Assembly (NCBI GenBank): GCA_964014485.1 | Contig: CAXHAT010000006.1 | Coordinates: forward strand, 21,070 to 85,069 | Length of the DNA: 64,000 nucleotides | DNA from: an uncultured Deferribacteres bacterium | GTDB lineage: Bacteria > Zhuqueibacterota > Zhuqueibacteria > Zhuqueibacterales > Geothermadaptataceae | Reading direction: 5' to 3' | Part shown: in pieces, positions 10,031 through 19,546 of the stretch | Position numbering within the stretch: position 1 is the stretch's first letter | Layout: each line of letters opens with the position of its first letter | Translations under genes and position numbers: made by a program | Notes under the pieces: generated by a model | The model's database searches: none | What the model saw: the letters and a program-made list of their open reading frames with translations, nothing else | What the model was told of the DNA's origin: nothing

Positions 10031-13000
10031 TTATTTAAGCAAAAGCATACGTTTTTGGAGCACGGTGTTTTTTCCTGTCCGCATTCTGTAAAAATATATG
10101 CCGCTGGCGACTCTTACTCCATGGTCATTGGTCGCATTCCAGATAATTTGGTGGTAGCCGCTTTCGTAATCGGCGTCGACCAGCGTGCGTACGCGTTGTC
10201 CCAGAACGTTGTGAACGGTAATGAATACACGGCCCGCTTCCGGCATTCCGAACGTTATGCGCGTTTCCGGGTTGAACGGGTTCGGGTAGTTCTGTTCCAG
10301 TAAGTAGCTGTCGGGGATTTCCACAGTGTTCAGCTTAACAACGGCATAAGAGCCTTCGCCGAACACGTTTTCACCATGACTGAAATCCGCTTCAGCTTCG
10401 ATTTCTTCGCCTTTGTTGGTTCGCCAAATACGAAAAACCATTCTTTCGCCTTGACGATAGCCGTCGACTTCTTCAGTCTGAGGGTCATCCGCCCATGCAG
10501 CAATGGGAATCGCGCTTTCCGCGACCCATGCCGCCGCGCCAACCAAGAGGCCGGCGTCTGTAAAAACGCCGATTTCATCTCCGTCTTCCAGACGTAACTG
10601 GTTCGATTCAACGGCTTCAATCACGATGCTGAAGCTTTCACCGCCTTTGCGTGCGGCAACAAAGTGCTGCGACGTTCTATGCGCTGTGAACGTCGGCGTC
10701 GCTCCGCGTTTTGTTTTCGCGAAAATGGCTGCGGCGGTGTTGGTCGGATAAATCAGCGTGTCCAAAGCCCCCATGTTCATCTGATAACCTTCTCCAGGAT
10801 TCATAGTTGGGAGCGAATTAATAATCCCTGGAATCGTGAAGTTGCCGTCTTCGTCTTTGATGATATTTAAATTTGCCCAAACGCTCGCGAGAGCGACTTC
10901 GGTAGCGAGAGCCGTCTTGGGCAAATAGCCTGGGCAACTCCAGCCTGGTGAAAGGAAAATCGGCGTATCGACCGCTATTTCCTTGCCGTCGACAATCAAG
11001 GTGTCGGGCGCTTGCATATTCAGAATATAGGACTCCAGGGCGCTAATCGATTGTATCTGGTTAATCACGCCGGGGATCCAGAAGCTTCCCGCACAATCTT
11101 TGAGAATATTCAGATTGTTGACGACGTCTTTGAATACACTATCAGGGCTGGGTTGCGTTGGACGAACATTCAGAGAAATCCAATCCCATCCTTGCCGCAG
11201 CGGGATAACTTGTCGTACCGTGGATTTGGCTTCTAACAAGGAAAGCCTGCTGAACAAATCCGTACCAAACTTCCCGTCACCCGCAGTATAAGTCGCCGAC
11301 GCCGGAAAATCTTCATTCTCGCCCGAACTGTGATCGAATACGCGGAAAGACATTTCCTCGCCGGGAATAAACCCGTCGATTTCGGACGTTTGCTGATCGT
11401 CTTCCCAAGCAGTTAATCCCAGCGGCCAATTGCCGTCGACCACTGCGGCGCCGACGCACAAGCCAGCCGGAGTAAACACGCCGACCTCATCGCAATTTGT
11501 TAAATCCATCCCGTCGAGAACGGCCTTGTCAATAACAAGGGCATAGCTGTTACCGGTATTTGCGGTAAAGGTGAAGTGACTTGGTTCCAGACAAAGAGGC
11601 GTTGTAACAAGCTTGGTCGGGATTTCCGGGGAACGGTTTGTCGGATCATCGTTGTCGATTTCAATATCAGCGAAATAGGTAGAGTCGTTAACCAAGCCAG
11701 TCGCATTGAAGGTGACTTCAATTTGTGCAGCTTCGCCGGGAGCAAGCGCTCCGGCGGTTGGGCTAAAGCTTAACCAGGGCGCGGGGCCTCTTCCGCTTAA
11801 CCAATCAAAAGTTTGGTTTGCAAAAAGCTGGTTTTCTGCGCCGATGATGATGTTGTTGCTGAAGTTTTCTCCCGCCATCGCCATGATTTTTCCAGCGCCG
11901 ACTTCCGAATAGACAACGTTAGGAGCGCCAAAAGTATTCAGAATCAACTGGCCAGCGGGAGTTGTAGCGGCAATTGTCGCTGACGGGTTAAAAAGGATTG
12001 AAAAACTTTCGACATTCCTTGTCGTCTGGTGCGGGAAAATATTTGTCGTTATTCCGCCGCCGCCAAAGCTTGAAAAATATGTGAGTCCGGCCCCTGAAGG
12101 CAGCAGTTTGTTGTATGCCGATACGGTTGACGAATTGTCCCCTTCAAGCATCAAGCCGCCGCCGTCGTTAAGCCAATTTTGCACGGCGGAAATTTGCCCC
12201 GTCGTCCAATTATCAAAACAATCGGCGGTCCACAAAACGTCGAATTGCTGTAATGACGACGCTGTTATCGGAGCAAAACTTTCGATAACCAGGGCGCCGC
12301 GCGTCTGTAAATCGGTCACCAAGGTTGACCATCCTACGAATCCAGGTTGGCCGTGAGATCGATCCCAGAGAATGCGCACGCCGGACAAGTTTTGCAGCAA
12401 CGCAGTGATTGGCTCTACCTGTTTGTGCTCTTCACTTCCCGTTTCGCCGAAAGCCGCCGCCGAACGGTGCGGCAAGGTGAGCGTATAGCTCTGCAACAGA
12501 CTTTGCGAGTTTTCAGCAACGACGCTGCTTGAAACGTCAAAGTGCAGCGTGTCTTCCCCAGTATTGCTTACGGTGAAGCTTGTCATGGTGCTGTCGCCGG
12601 GGGGCAAGTTGGCCATAAGTGAATCAGGCGCTGTAACGACAATTGTTGGCGAGCGTTTAAATGCAATATTGTCGATGTACCATCTGTCGCTGGTGTTATT
12701 GGCTTCGCTCACAAACCGCACCTTAAAACGCTCATGATACGCCGCCGCGGGCAGCAGCACTTCATTTCTTTGATAGCTCGAGGCTTCAAAAGCGTTGCCG
12801 TCATGGCGTTCAAGCTCAACCCAGGATGAGCCGTCGAAATAGGAAACCACTAAATCATCGCCTGTTTCCGTGAAATCGTTTTGATGAAAATAGCGCAGCA
12901 CGGTTTTCGTTTCGCCGGCAAGGTCGAACTCTCGCGACTCAATGCCGTCGCCGGACGATCCGCCCTTGAGCTCTAACGACAAGGGAGCGCTCGGTTCATT

Positions 13001-16000
13001 CTGACCAAACGAGTTTATCACAGGAGCGCCGCTTGCCACAGTCCAAAGCGTATCGTTCAGCGTGTTTGTCGGGAAAATCTCCGTGATTGGAATTTGTCGT
13101 CTTGCGCCAAACGAAGTCGAGCTCGCCGTTTGCGTGCGGACAAATGCTGTATTTCCGCTTGATGCTATTTCGATAACCCCGACATCCGTTTGGTTAAACA
13201 GCGCGCCGCCTGGAACGGCGACCCGCATCAGCACTTCAACTTCGCTCTTTGAAGCAACAGGGCCTGTATTGGTTATTTCCGTCGTCCCTGTCGCATCGTA
13301 AAAGGCGGCGGGCCAAGAATTGCCTGAAACGGTAAGGTCATAGCTGTCACTCAGTTGGCCATAATTTTTTAGGCTGATCTGAAAATTCAGCGTGTCGCCT
13401 GCGTAGCCGAAAGCCTGTTGATCATCGGAAAGCAGGACGAAATAGTAATCTTCCGGAGTGATTGTCAGTGCAGCGGGAATTGACGGATCGGCGGCAAGAT
13501 CATTATTCGCAATATCTATGATCCGGTAATAAGTGCTGTCCGGAATCAGATCGACGGCTCTGATTTTGACCGCGACTTCCGTGCTGTCCTCGGGCGTAAT
13601 CACGCCCGTTTCCGGTTCAAAGCTGAGCCAAGAAGGGGAACCGTCCGCGCTTAACCAATCGAAAACCTGATTAGCGAACAATTGATTATCAGCAACCCCA
13701 ATGCTGCTGTTGATGAAATTTTCGTTCGCCATAGCGATAACCCGCCCTGCACCGATTTCCGCATATGCGACGTCAATGGCGCCGCCGACGTCAGCAATCA
13801 ATTCTCCCGCCGGTGAATTGACAATGATTGTTGCAAAAACGTTTGAGGTGAGGAAAAAACTGTTTACCCCGCTTGTGGTTTCGTGCGGAGATATATTCGT
13901 CGTTACTCCGCTAAAACCATTGAAGGTCGAAAATTGGATTCCCGAACCTGAGGGCAGCAGGCTGTTATAAGCAAGAACGCTCGAATCATTGTCACCTTCT
14001 AACAGCAATCCGCCGCCGGCCGTCAGCCAGTTCCGAACAGCATTGATTTCACTGGCCGTCCAGGTGTTATTACAATCCGTTGTCCAGATAATATCATAAT
14101 TGCTCAAGAGTGCCGGAGTGATCGGCGAAAAGTTCTGGGTGACCGTCGCCCCGCGAGAAGTCAAGTCGTTGACCAGTGTTGTCCAACTGGAAAAATCGAC
14201 TTGACCGTGAGAGCGGTCCCACAAAATTTTAACGCCCGATATGTTCTGCAAAACAGCGGAAACAGCTTCAGTTCTTATCTCGTGTTCGATGACGCCGCCA
14301 TCCGGATCGGCGGAAAGTTTGTGAGGAGTCGTCAGTTGGTAGAGCTGCATTTCGTTTTGCAACGCACTCGAAACGGCGCGGCTGGAAAATTGGAAAGTCA
14401 AATCGCCGCCGCCTGCGTTCCCAAGCGTGATTGTTTGTGTGCTGCTGTCACCCAATGACAAACTTGCACTAATGGTATCAGGAGCGGTCACGACCAATGT
14501 CGGTGATCGTTCCAAAGCAATGTCATCGACAAACCATTCATCACCCGTCTGATTGGCTTCGCTGACAAATCGCAATTTGAAGCGTGTATGGAAAGCTGCG
14601 AAGGGAAGAAGCAATTCATTGCGCTGATAGCTCGAAGGTTCAAATGCGTTGCCGTCATGGCGTGCAAGCTCAATCCAGGATGAACCGTTGAAGTAAGAAA
14701 CGACGAGATCGTCGCCGATTTCCGTGAAGTCGTTTTGGTAAGAATAACGCAAAACGACTTTCGTTTCGCCGGAAAGGTCGAACTCCCGCGAATCAACGCC
14801 GTCGCCCTGCGCTCCGCCTTTAAGTTCCAGCGAGAAGGGCGGGCTGGGCTCGTTTTCGCCTTGCTGATTAATGCTTGGCGAGCCCGACTTTACCGTCCAT
14901 AACATATCGTTTAACACATCCGTTGGGAAAGTCTCCGTAATCGGAATTTGCATTCTTGCGCCAAACGAAGTCGAAGTCGTGGTCAAAGTACGGGCGAGCG
15001 CCGCATTACCGCTTGACGTAATTTCAATCGCCCCAACGTCGGATTGATTGAAAAGCGCTCCGCTTGGAACGGCAACTCTCAAGAGCACTTCGATTTCGCT
15101 TTTCGAAGCGACAGAACCGGTATTGGTTATCTCCGCCGCTCCCGTCACGTCGTAGAACGCTGCCGGCCATGCATTGCCCGAAACGGCAAGATCGTAGCTG
15201 TCGCTGAGCTGACCGTAGTTTTTGAGTTTAACGAAATAGTCGAGCGTATCGCCAACGTAGCCGGAAGCTTGCTGGTCGCTGGAAAGCAGAACGAAGTAAA
15301 AATCAATTGGATTAACGGTTAACGATGCCGGAATAGTCACCACCGTGTCGGGTGCATTGCTGGTGATTCGAACGGTTCGCTGGTAAGTGCTGTCAGGAAT
15401 CAGGTCAACAGCGCTTATTTTGGCGTCGATAATCGTGCTGTCGTTTTGAGGAATTGTACCGGAAGTCGGCGCAAAAGTCAGCCAATCATTCGTGGCGGCT
15501 CCGCCAACCCAGCTCAAGGCGTTTGTCAACAATTTCACGCCGTCCGTCGAAGCGTTCCAGAAATCGAACCTTGCATCGTTTGAAGGCGGGTAAAAGCCCA
15601 AATCCGCACGGTTATGTCCATTGACAATTTTCGTCGCCACGAGGATTCTTCCGTCGCTCCAATCCGCTACCCGCGTCGCACCTGAAGCTAAAACGCCGGT
15701 TGTCTGATAGCTGGAAGACCCGCCGTCAAATATACTCACACTCTCCATGATTGGATGGCCGGAATCATGGACGGTTCCAAGAAATCTTCTGACCCCTTGC
15801 GCTTGCCCAGCAGGTTCAATTGCGTAATACCCACCGCTAAGAAACCGTCCGTTTAATATCCAGGGTTGTCCGCCGCCGCCGCTTCCGCTGCCGGTTACAA
15901 ACAATCCTGTGACAAGCCCGCCTCCGGCGTCCACATAGTCTGCCAGATTATTGCTCAGGGTTAATTTATCGGCATAACTTCCAGAACCGCCGTAAATAAG

Positions 16001-18310
16001 CACGGCGTCAAATAACATAAGCTCTGCGATAGAAGGAGTGACGAAACGTAAATCGACTGACGAAATGCTGGCAAATACTCCAGATGATACAAGTTTGTTT
16101 TCAACATCGTCTTTGAACGAAGACGTCGTCTCACAATGTAAATGGGCAATATTCAGCGAGGTTGTCGATCTTTCGGCGAAGACAATACTTGAGAGATTCG
16201 AAAGGTTCTGTGCGCCGCCTTCACCGTTACCGTGATCTTGCGATGGAGCAAAGGTCTCATTGTTCATCGGAAGCGTCGCGGCTTTATAAGACTGAATCAA
16301 TGCTTCAAGCTGCATTCTTTTGGCATTATCCAGGCGCATGATTTTCGAAGCGGAGACAGATTGATCTGATATTTGCCAGACTAAATCTCTTTCTCCCAAG
16401 TTGCCAATAGTGATTGTCCCGGTTGTGCTGTCTCCCACGTCAAGTGTGAAATTAAAAGGATCGGGTGATTGGGATGCGGTGATATTTGGCGGCGTTAAAA
16501 GCGCCGTGTGTGCGTTGATTCTGCCATTCGTAACAGCTTTTCCAGCCAAGGCAGGAATCGGGTCAACCGTATCAAAAATTCGTTGGCGAATTTCAGAATA
16601 AGTCAAAGTTGAGTCGTGCGAAAGAATGAGTGCAGCAAGGCCTGCAACGTGCGGCGTCGCCATAGACGTTCCGTTCGAATATTCATACTCCGTGCCTGTA
16701 TATGTGTAGGGAGGCGCAGAAAATGCAGTTATTTTGACGTCGTCAATGTACACGCCGTCCGAATTGATTATACTGTCACTGGTTAACCGAAACCGTATAT
16801 AGACCGAATTTGCCCCTCTAAAGGCCGCTAAATCATTTTCCCAGGTAATCCAACTCCCAAAAGTCGAACCCGCCAAGGGAGACGGAAACAGATCTACCCA
16901 GTTTATTGAATCTGTAGAAGCTTCGATGTGTAAAAAGTCAAAGCCGGATTCTGTGTCTAGTTGGAGCTTAAAGCTTAACGATGCGCCGTCAAATCCTTGC
17001 AGATTGACAGGATTTTTGAGGACGAGAGAAGAATTTGTGTTAGGATTGTAATTCCCCGACGGGCTGTCCGTCCAACTATGAGAAGGACTAAAAGATCGAC
17101 TAGTAACTAAACCCCATCCAGAGTCTGCGGCCCAATTCCCGCCCCCTGATTCCATATCATCGAAAAATATTGTATTGGGCGTTGAGCGAAATGTGCTGTA
17201 AGTATTAACGCCAGGTGCGCCAACGTCAACGGATGACCGTCCAAAATTTGAAAAGCCGGCTAGTTGATCGTTCTGGTCGGTTGCAGCTACGGAAATAATG
17301 TTGTCAAGATCGTAACTGGCCGGATAGTGCGGACTGTTGTCAGCGTCAAGGCCGCTGTTCCCTGCTGCGGCAACAAAGAGCACGTCATTAGCCCTTGCAT
17401 TAGTGATGGCTGCCAACATGCTTGAACTGAACTGCGAGCTGCCAAAACTGGCGTTAATAATGTCGGCTCCGTTTTGCGTCGCATAATCAATTGCTGAAAC
17501 GAGCCCCGATGTTGCGCCCGAACCAAGCGTTCCCAAGCCTCTGAGCGCCATAATCTTTGCCGTCCAGGCGACGCCGGTAATTCCGACGCCATTATTCCCA
17601 ACCGCGGCGGCCGTTCCGGCAACATGGGTTCCGTGACCGTGAAAATCGTAAGGATCATTGTCTGTATCGACGAAATCCCAGCCGCGTATATCATCGACAA
17701 AACCGTTGCCGTCCGAATCCGTACCGTTAAGCGTTTCGTCGGAATTGCTCCAAATATTTGCTGCCAAATCAGGATGATCCCAAGCGACGCCGGCGTCGAT
17801 CACGGCAATGACAACGTCACTATCGCCTGTCGTTCTGTCCCAGGCTTCAACTGCGTCTATATCGGCGTCCGCCGTTCCAGGCGCGCCGTTGACGGCTTGT
17901 CCGGTATTATGCAGCCCCCAAAGCAATCCAAAATCGGGATCGTTCGGCGTTGTGTCCTCGGTATAAACGATGTAATCAGGCTCCGCAAATTCCACCGAAG
18001 CGTCATTCGTGAAAGTGCTGACGGCTGAAAGAACGTCCCCGGTTAGTTGAACGGCAAAAATACCGCTGCTGTGGATTTGCGTTACAGAAGCCGCCCCGTA
18101 TCCCCTCGCGATATTCTGAGCGGAAGCTGCATCTAAATTGCTGTGAAATTTGACCAACAGTCGGTTTGGCACGAACTGAGGCAAGGATTCAGCAACAGGG
18201 CCGCCCCTGCCTCTTTCTTGTTGAAACGCTCCGGCGTATTGCCATGAATAGCCGATTGCAAACAAAACGACAAAACCAATCACGAAGGAATAAAGCGTAC
18301 GTAACTTCAT
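10031..18310 (-). CDS. Giant multidomain subtilisin-like (S8) serine protease with C-terminal sorting domain, 2759 aa
   Basis: Catalytic motifs VIDAG, HGTHVAG, AAAGN and GTSMATPHVAG; signal peptide; strong RBS (aaggaggag); C-terminal QNYPNPFNP...KRMLLLK. Confidence 0.92.
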   Translation of the reverse strand: MKLRTLYSFVIGFVVLFAIGYSWQYAGAFQQERGRGGPVAESLPQFVPNRLLVKFHSNLDAASAQNIARGYGAASVTQIHSSGIFAVQLTGDVLSAVSTFTNDASVEFAEPDYIVYTEDTTPNDPDFGLLWGLHNTGQAVNGAPGTADADIDAVEAWDRTTGDSDVVIAVIDAGVAWDHPDLAANIWSNSDETLNGTDSDGNGFVDDIRGWDFVDTDNDPYDFHGHGTHVAGTAAAVGNNGVGITGVAWTAKIMALRGLGTLGSGATSGLVSAIDYATQNGADIINASFGSSQFSSSMLAAITNARANDVLFVAAAGNSGLDADNSPHYPASYDLDNIISVAATDQNDQLAGFSNFGRSSVDVGAPGVNTYSTFRSTPNTIFFDDMESGGGNWAADSGWGLVTSRSFSPSHSWTDSPSGNYNPNTNSSLVLKNPVNLQGFDGASLSFKLQLDTESGFDFLHIEASTDSINWVDLFPSPLAGSTFGSWITWENDLAAFRGANSVYIRFRLTSDSIINSDGVYIDDVKITAFSAPPYTYTGTEYEYSNGTSMATPHVAGLAALILSHDSTLTYSEIRQRIFDTVDPIPALAGKAVTNGRINAHTALLTPPNITASQSPDPFNFTLDVGDSTTGTITIGNLGERDLVWQISDQSVSASKIMRLDNAKRMQLEALIQSYKAATLPMNNETFAPSQDHGNGEGGAQNLSNLSSIVFAERSTTSLNIAHLHCETTSSFKDDVENKLVSSGVFASISSVDLRFVTPSIAELMLFDAVLIYGGSGSYADKLTLSNNLADYVDAGGGLVTGLFVTGSGSGGGGQPWILNGRFLSGGYYAIEPAGQAQGVRRFLGTVHDSGHPIMESVSIFDGGSSSYQTTGVLASGATRVADWSDGRILVATKIVNGHNRADLGFYPPSNDARFDFWNASTDGVKLLTNALSWVGGAATNDWLTFAPTSGTIPQNDSTIIDAKISAVDLIPDSTYQRTVRITSNAPDTVVTIPASLTVNPIDFYFVLLSSDQQASGYVGDTLDYFVKLKNYGQLSDSYDLAVSGNAWPAAFYDVTGAAEITNTGSVASKSEIEVLLRVAVPSGALFNQSDVGAIEITSSGNAALARTLTTTSTSFGARMQIPITETFPTDVLNDMLWTVKSGSPSINQQGENEPSPPFSLELKGGAQGDGVDSREFDLSGETKVVLRYSYQNDFTEIGDDLVVSYFNGSSWIELARHDGNAFEPSSYQRNELLLPFAAFHTRFKLRFVSEANQTGDEWFVDDIALERSPTLVVTAPDTISASLSLGDSSTQTITLGNAGGGDLTFQFSSRAVSSALQNEMQLYQLTTPHKLSADPDGGVIEHEIRTEAVSAVLQNISGVKILWDRSHGQVDFSSWTTLVNDLTSRGATVTQNFSPITPALLSNYDIIWTTDCNNTWTASEINAVRNWLTAGGGLLLEGDNDSSVLAYNSLLPSGSGIQFSTFNGFSGVTTNISPHETTSGVNSFFLTSNVFATIIVNSPAGELIADVGGAIDVAYAEIGAGRVIAMANENFINSSIGVADNQLFANQVFDWLSADGSPSWLSFEPETGVITPEDSTEVAVKIRAVDLIPDSTYYRIIDIANNDLAADPSIPAALTITPEDYYFVLLSDDQQAFGYAGDTLNFQISLKNYGQLSDSYDLTVSGNSWPAAFYDATGTTEITNTGPVASKSEVEVLMRVAVPGGALFNQTDVGVIEIASSGNTAFVRTQTASSTSFGARRQIPITEIFPTNTLNDTLWTVASGAPVINSFGQNEPSAPLSLELKGGSSGDGIESREFDLAGETKTVLRYFHQNDFTETGDDLVVSYFDGSSWVELERHDGNAFEASSYQRNEVLLPAAAYHERFKVRFVSEANNTSDRWYIDNIAFKRSPTIVVTAPDSLMANLPPGDSTMTSFTVSNTGEDTLHFDVSSSVVAENSQSLLQSYTLTLPHRSAAAFGETGSEEHKQVEPITALLQNLSGVRILWDRSHGQPGFVGWSTLVTDLQTRGALVIESFAPITASSLQQFDVLWTADCFDNWTTGQISAVQNWLNDGGGLMLEGDNSSTVSAYNKLLPSGAGLTYFSSFGGGGITTNIFPHQTTRNVESFSILFNPSATIAATTPAGQLILNTFGAPNVVYSEVGAGKIMAMAGENFSNNIIIGAENQLFANQTFDWLSGRGPAPWLSFSPTAGALAPGEAAQIEVTFNATGLVNDSTYFADIEIDNDDPTNRSPEIPTKLVTTPLCLEPSHFTFTANTGNSYALVIDKAVLDGMDLTNCDEVGVFTPAGLCVGAAVVDGNWPLGLTAWEDDQQTSEIDGFIPGEEMSFRVFDHSSGENEDFPASATYTAGDGKFGTDLFSRLSLLEAKSTVRQVIPLRQGWDWISLNVRPTQPSPDSVFKDVVNNLNILKDCAGSFWIPGVINQIQSISALESYILNMQAPDTLIVDGKEIAVDTPIFLSPGWSCPGYLPKTALATEVALASVWANLNIIKDEDGNFTIPGIINSLPTMNPGEGYQMNMGALDTLIYPTNTAAAIFAKTKRGATPTFTAHRTSQHFVAARKGGESFSIVIEAVESNQLRLEDGDEIGVFTDAGLLVGAAAWVAESAIPIAAWADDPQTEEVDGYRQGERMVFRIWRTNKGEEIEAEADFSHGENVFGEGSYAVVKLNTVEIPDSYLLEQNYPNPFNPETRITFGMPEAGRVFITVHNVLGQRVRTLVDADYESGYHQIIWNATNDHGVRVASGIYFYRMRTGKNTVLQKRMLLLK
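11777..15484 (-). repeat. Intragenic tandem duplication, 2 x 1854 bp (618 aa)
   Basis: The conserved W of 'WL(S/T)F.P' starts at 15484, 13630 and 11776, equal 1854-nt steps. Near-identical peptides recur, e.g. YFVLLS.DQQA.GY.GDTL, LKNYGQLSDSYDL and SREFDL.GETK. Confidence 0.85.
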
Positions 18311-18575
18311 TTCTCCTCCTTAGTTAGAAGAATGGAAGATTAAGAATTTTTTGATTGGATGATAAGCAGGGTTGAGGCGCTCCCGTTTCTAGCTGACAGC
18401 AAACCGTATACGGTTTCCTGACTTTTTTGAAAAAAACTCTTACAACGATTTTTGGGCGAGAGTAATGCGGGGGAAAATCAGAAGGAAAGTGCGGCTCTTA
18501 AAAAAGCCGCCGAGGGTGCTCGCGGAGTGTTTTATGGCTTGTAATACCATTTTCCATGATTTTATATACATGCAT

Positions 18576-18647
18576 GGTCTGCCATTCAGGAGGAACCTAT
18601 GTCATCGCGAGCATTGGATGACATAGATTCCTCCTGAATGACAGGCC
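18576..18647. repeat. Free-standing REP-like palindrome of the GTCAT...ATGAC class
   Basis: 31-bp arms ggtctgccattcaggaggaacctatgtcatc and gatgacatagattcctcctgaatgacaggcc, 3 mismatches, 10-nt loop. Confidence 0.8.
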
Positions 18648-18802
18648 AAGTGCGGATACCAAACTATGGAAATTGGTATAAGCAATGACATAGATGAGCG
18701 GTAATGATCTAGGAATGGCGCAATGCAATGAGTCTGCTGCAACTCGACGTTCGATTCTGTGAAATGCTTAAAGCACGAACTCGGCAAGTTTGAGAGCTGC
18801 AT

Positions 18803-19546
18803 TTACGATTGTTCTTCTCGAAGAATGGCCAGCGTTGCGGCAATTGCACTGTAGGCTGGTGCGATGAACCAACCGAATAGCGGGATAAGCGCCAAAACCA
18901 AAAATCCCGTACCGACCCCGGTAACCAAACCGCGCCGTTTGCGGATGAATTCAAAGCTTTCTGGGACAGAATATCGCTTTCGCTCCATTGTAATGTCAAT
19001 GAAACCAAATCCGCCGTAGTATGCCTGGATGGCAAAAAGCGCGATTGCCGAGATGACGACGCCAATAAGGGGAATGACGACAAGCAGCCACGCCAGCACT
19101 GAAAAAACGAGACTCAAAGCCAGGTTTTTTAAATTGATCTTCAGGCTGCGCGCGATGTCTTTGAACAACTGCTTGAAATCAAAATCCGGCGGCGATTGGC
19201 CAGTCACCGCCTTTTCCGTGACTTCGGAGAGATAGCCCAAAACCGGCGAGAAAAAAATCAACACCACATGTTTGTAGGCCATGAAGCCGAGCACAAAAAG
19301 CAGGAGCCAAAGCAGCAATGTTGTAAAAAACGACAGCACTCCGCCTAAGGCCGATTGCGGGATCCAGTTCGCTTCGGCATAGGCCGCAACGTCCGGCAAG
19401 TAGGCGACGCCGAAAAGCACGACCAGAACCGCGTAAATCAGGCTAAGAGCCCCAGGCACGAGCATATACGACCAGAGCTTGTGTTTAAAGACGACGCGAT
19501 TCGCTTCGGCGTAGCACCAGAGTCCGCTTAAAAATCCTCTGATCAT
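18803..19546 (-). CDS. EI24/CysZ-like membrane protein
   Basis: Motifs SPVLGYLSEVTE, GFGFID..MER and LIPLFGWFIAP. Start MIRGF overlaps the upstream stop. Confidence 0.75.
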   Translation of the reverse strand: MIRGFLSGLWCYAEANRVVFKHKLWSYMLVPGALSLIYAVLVVLFGVAYLPDVAAYAEANWIPQSALGGVLSFFTTLLLWLLLFVLGFMAYKHVVLIFFSPVLGYLSEVTEKAVTGQSPPDFDFKQLFKDIARSLKINLKNLALSLVFSVLAWLLVVIPLIGVVISAIALFAIQAYYGGFGFIDITMERKRYSVPESFEFIRKRRGLVTGVGTGFLVLALIPLFGWFIAPAYSAIAATLAILREEQS

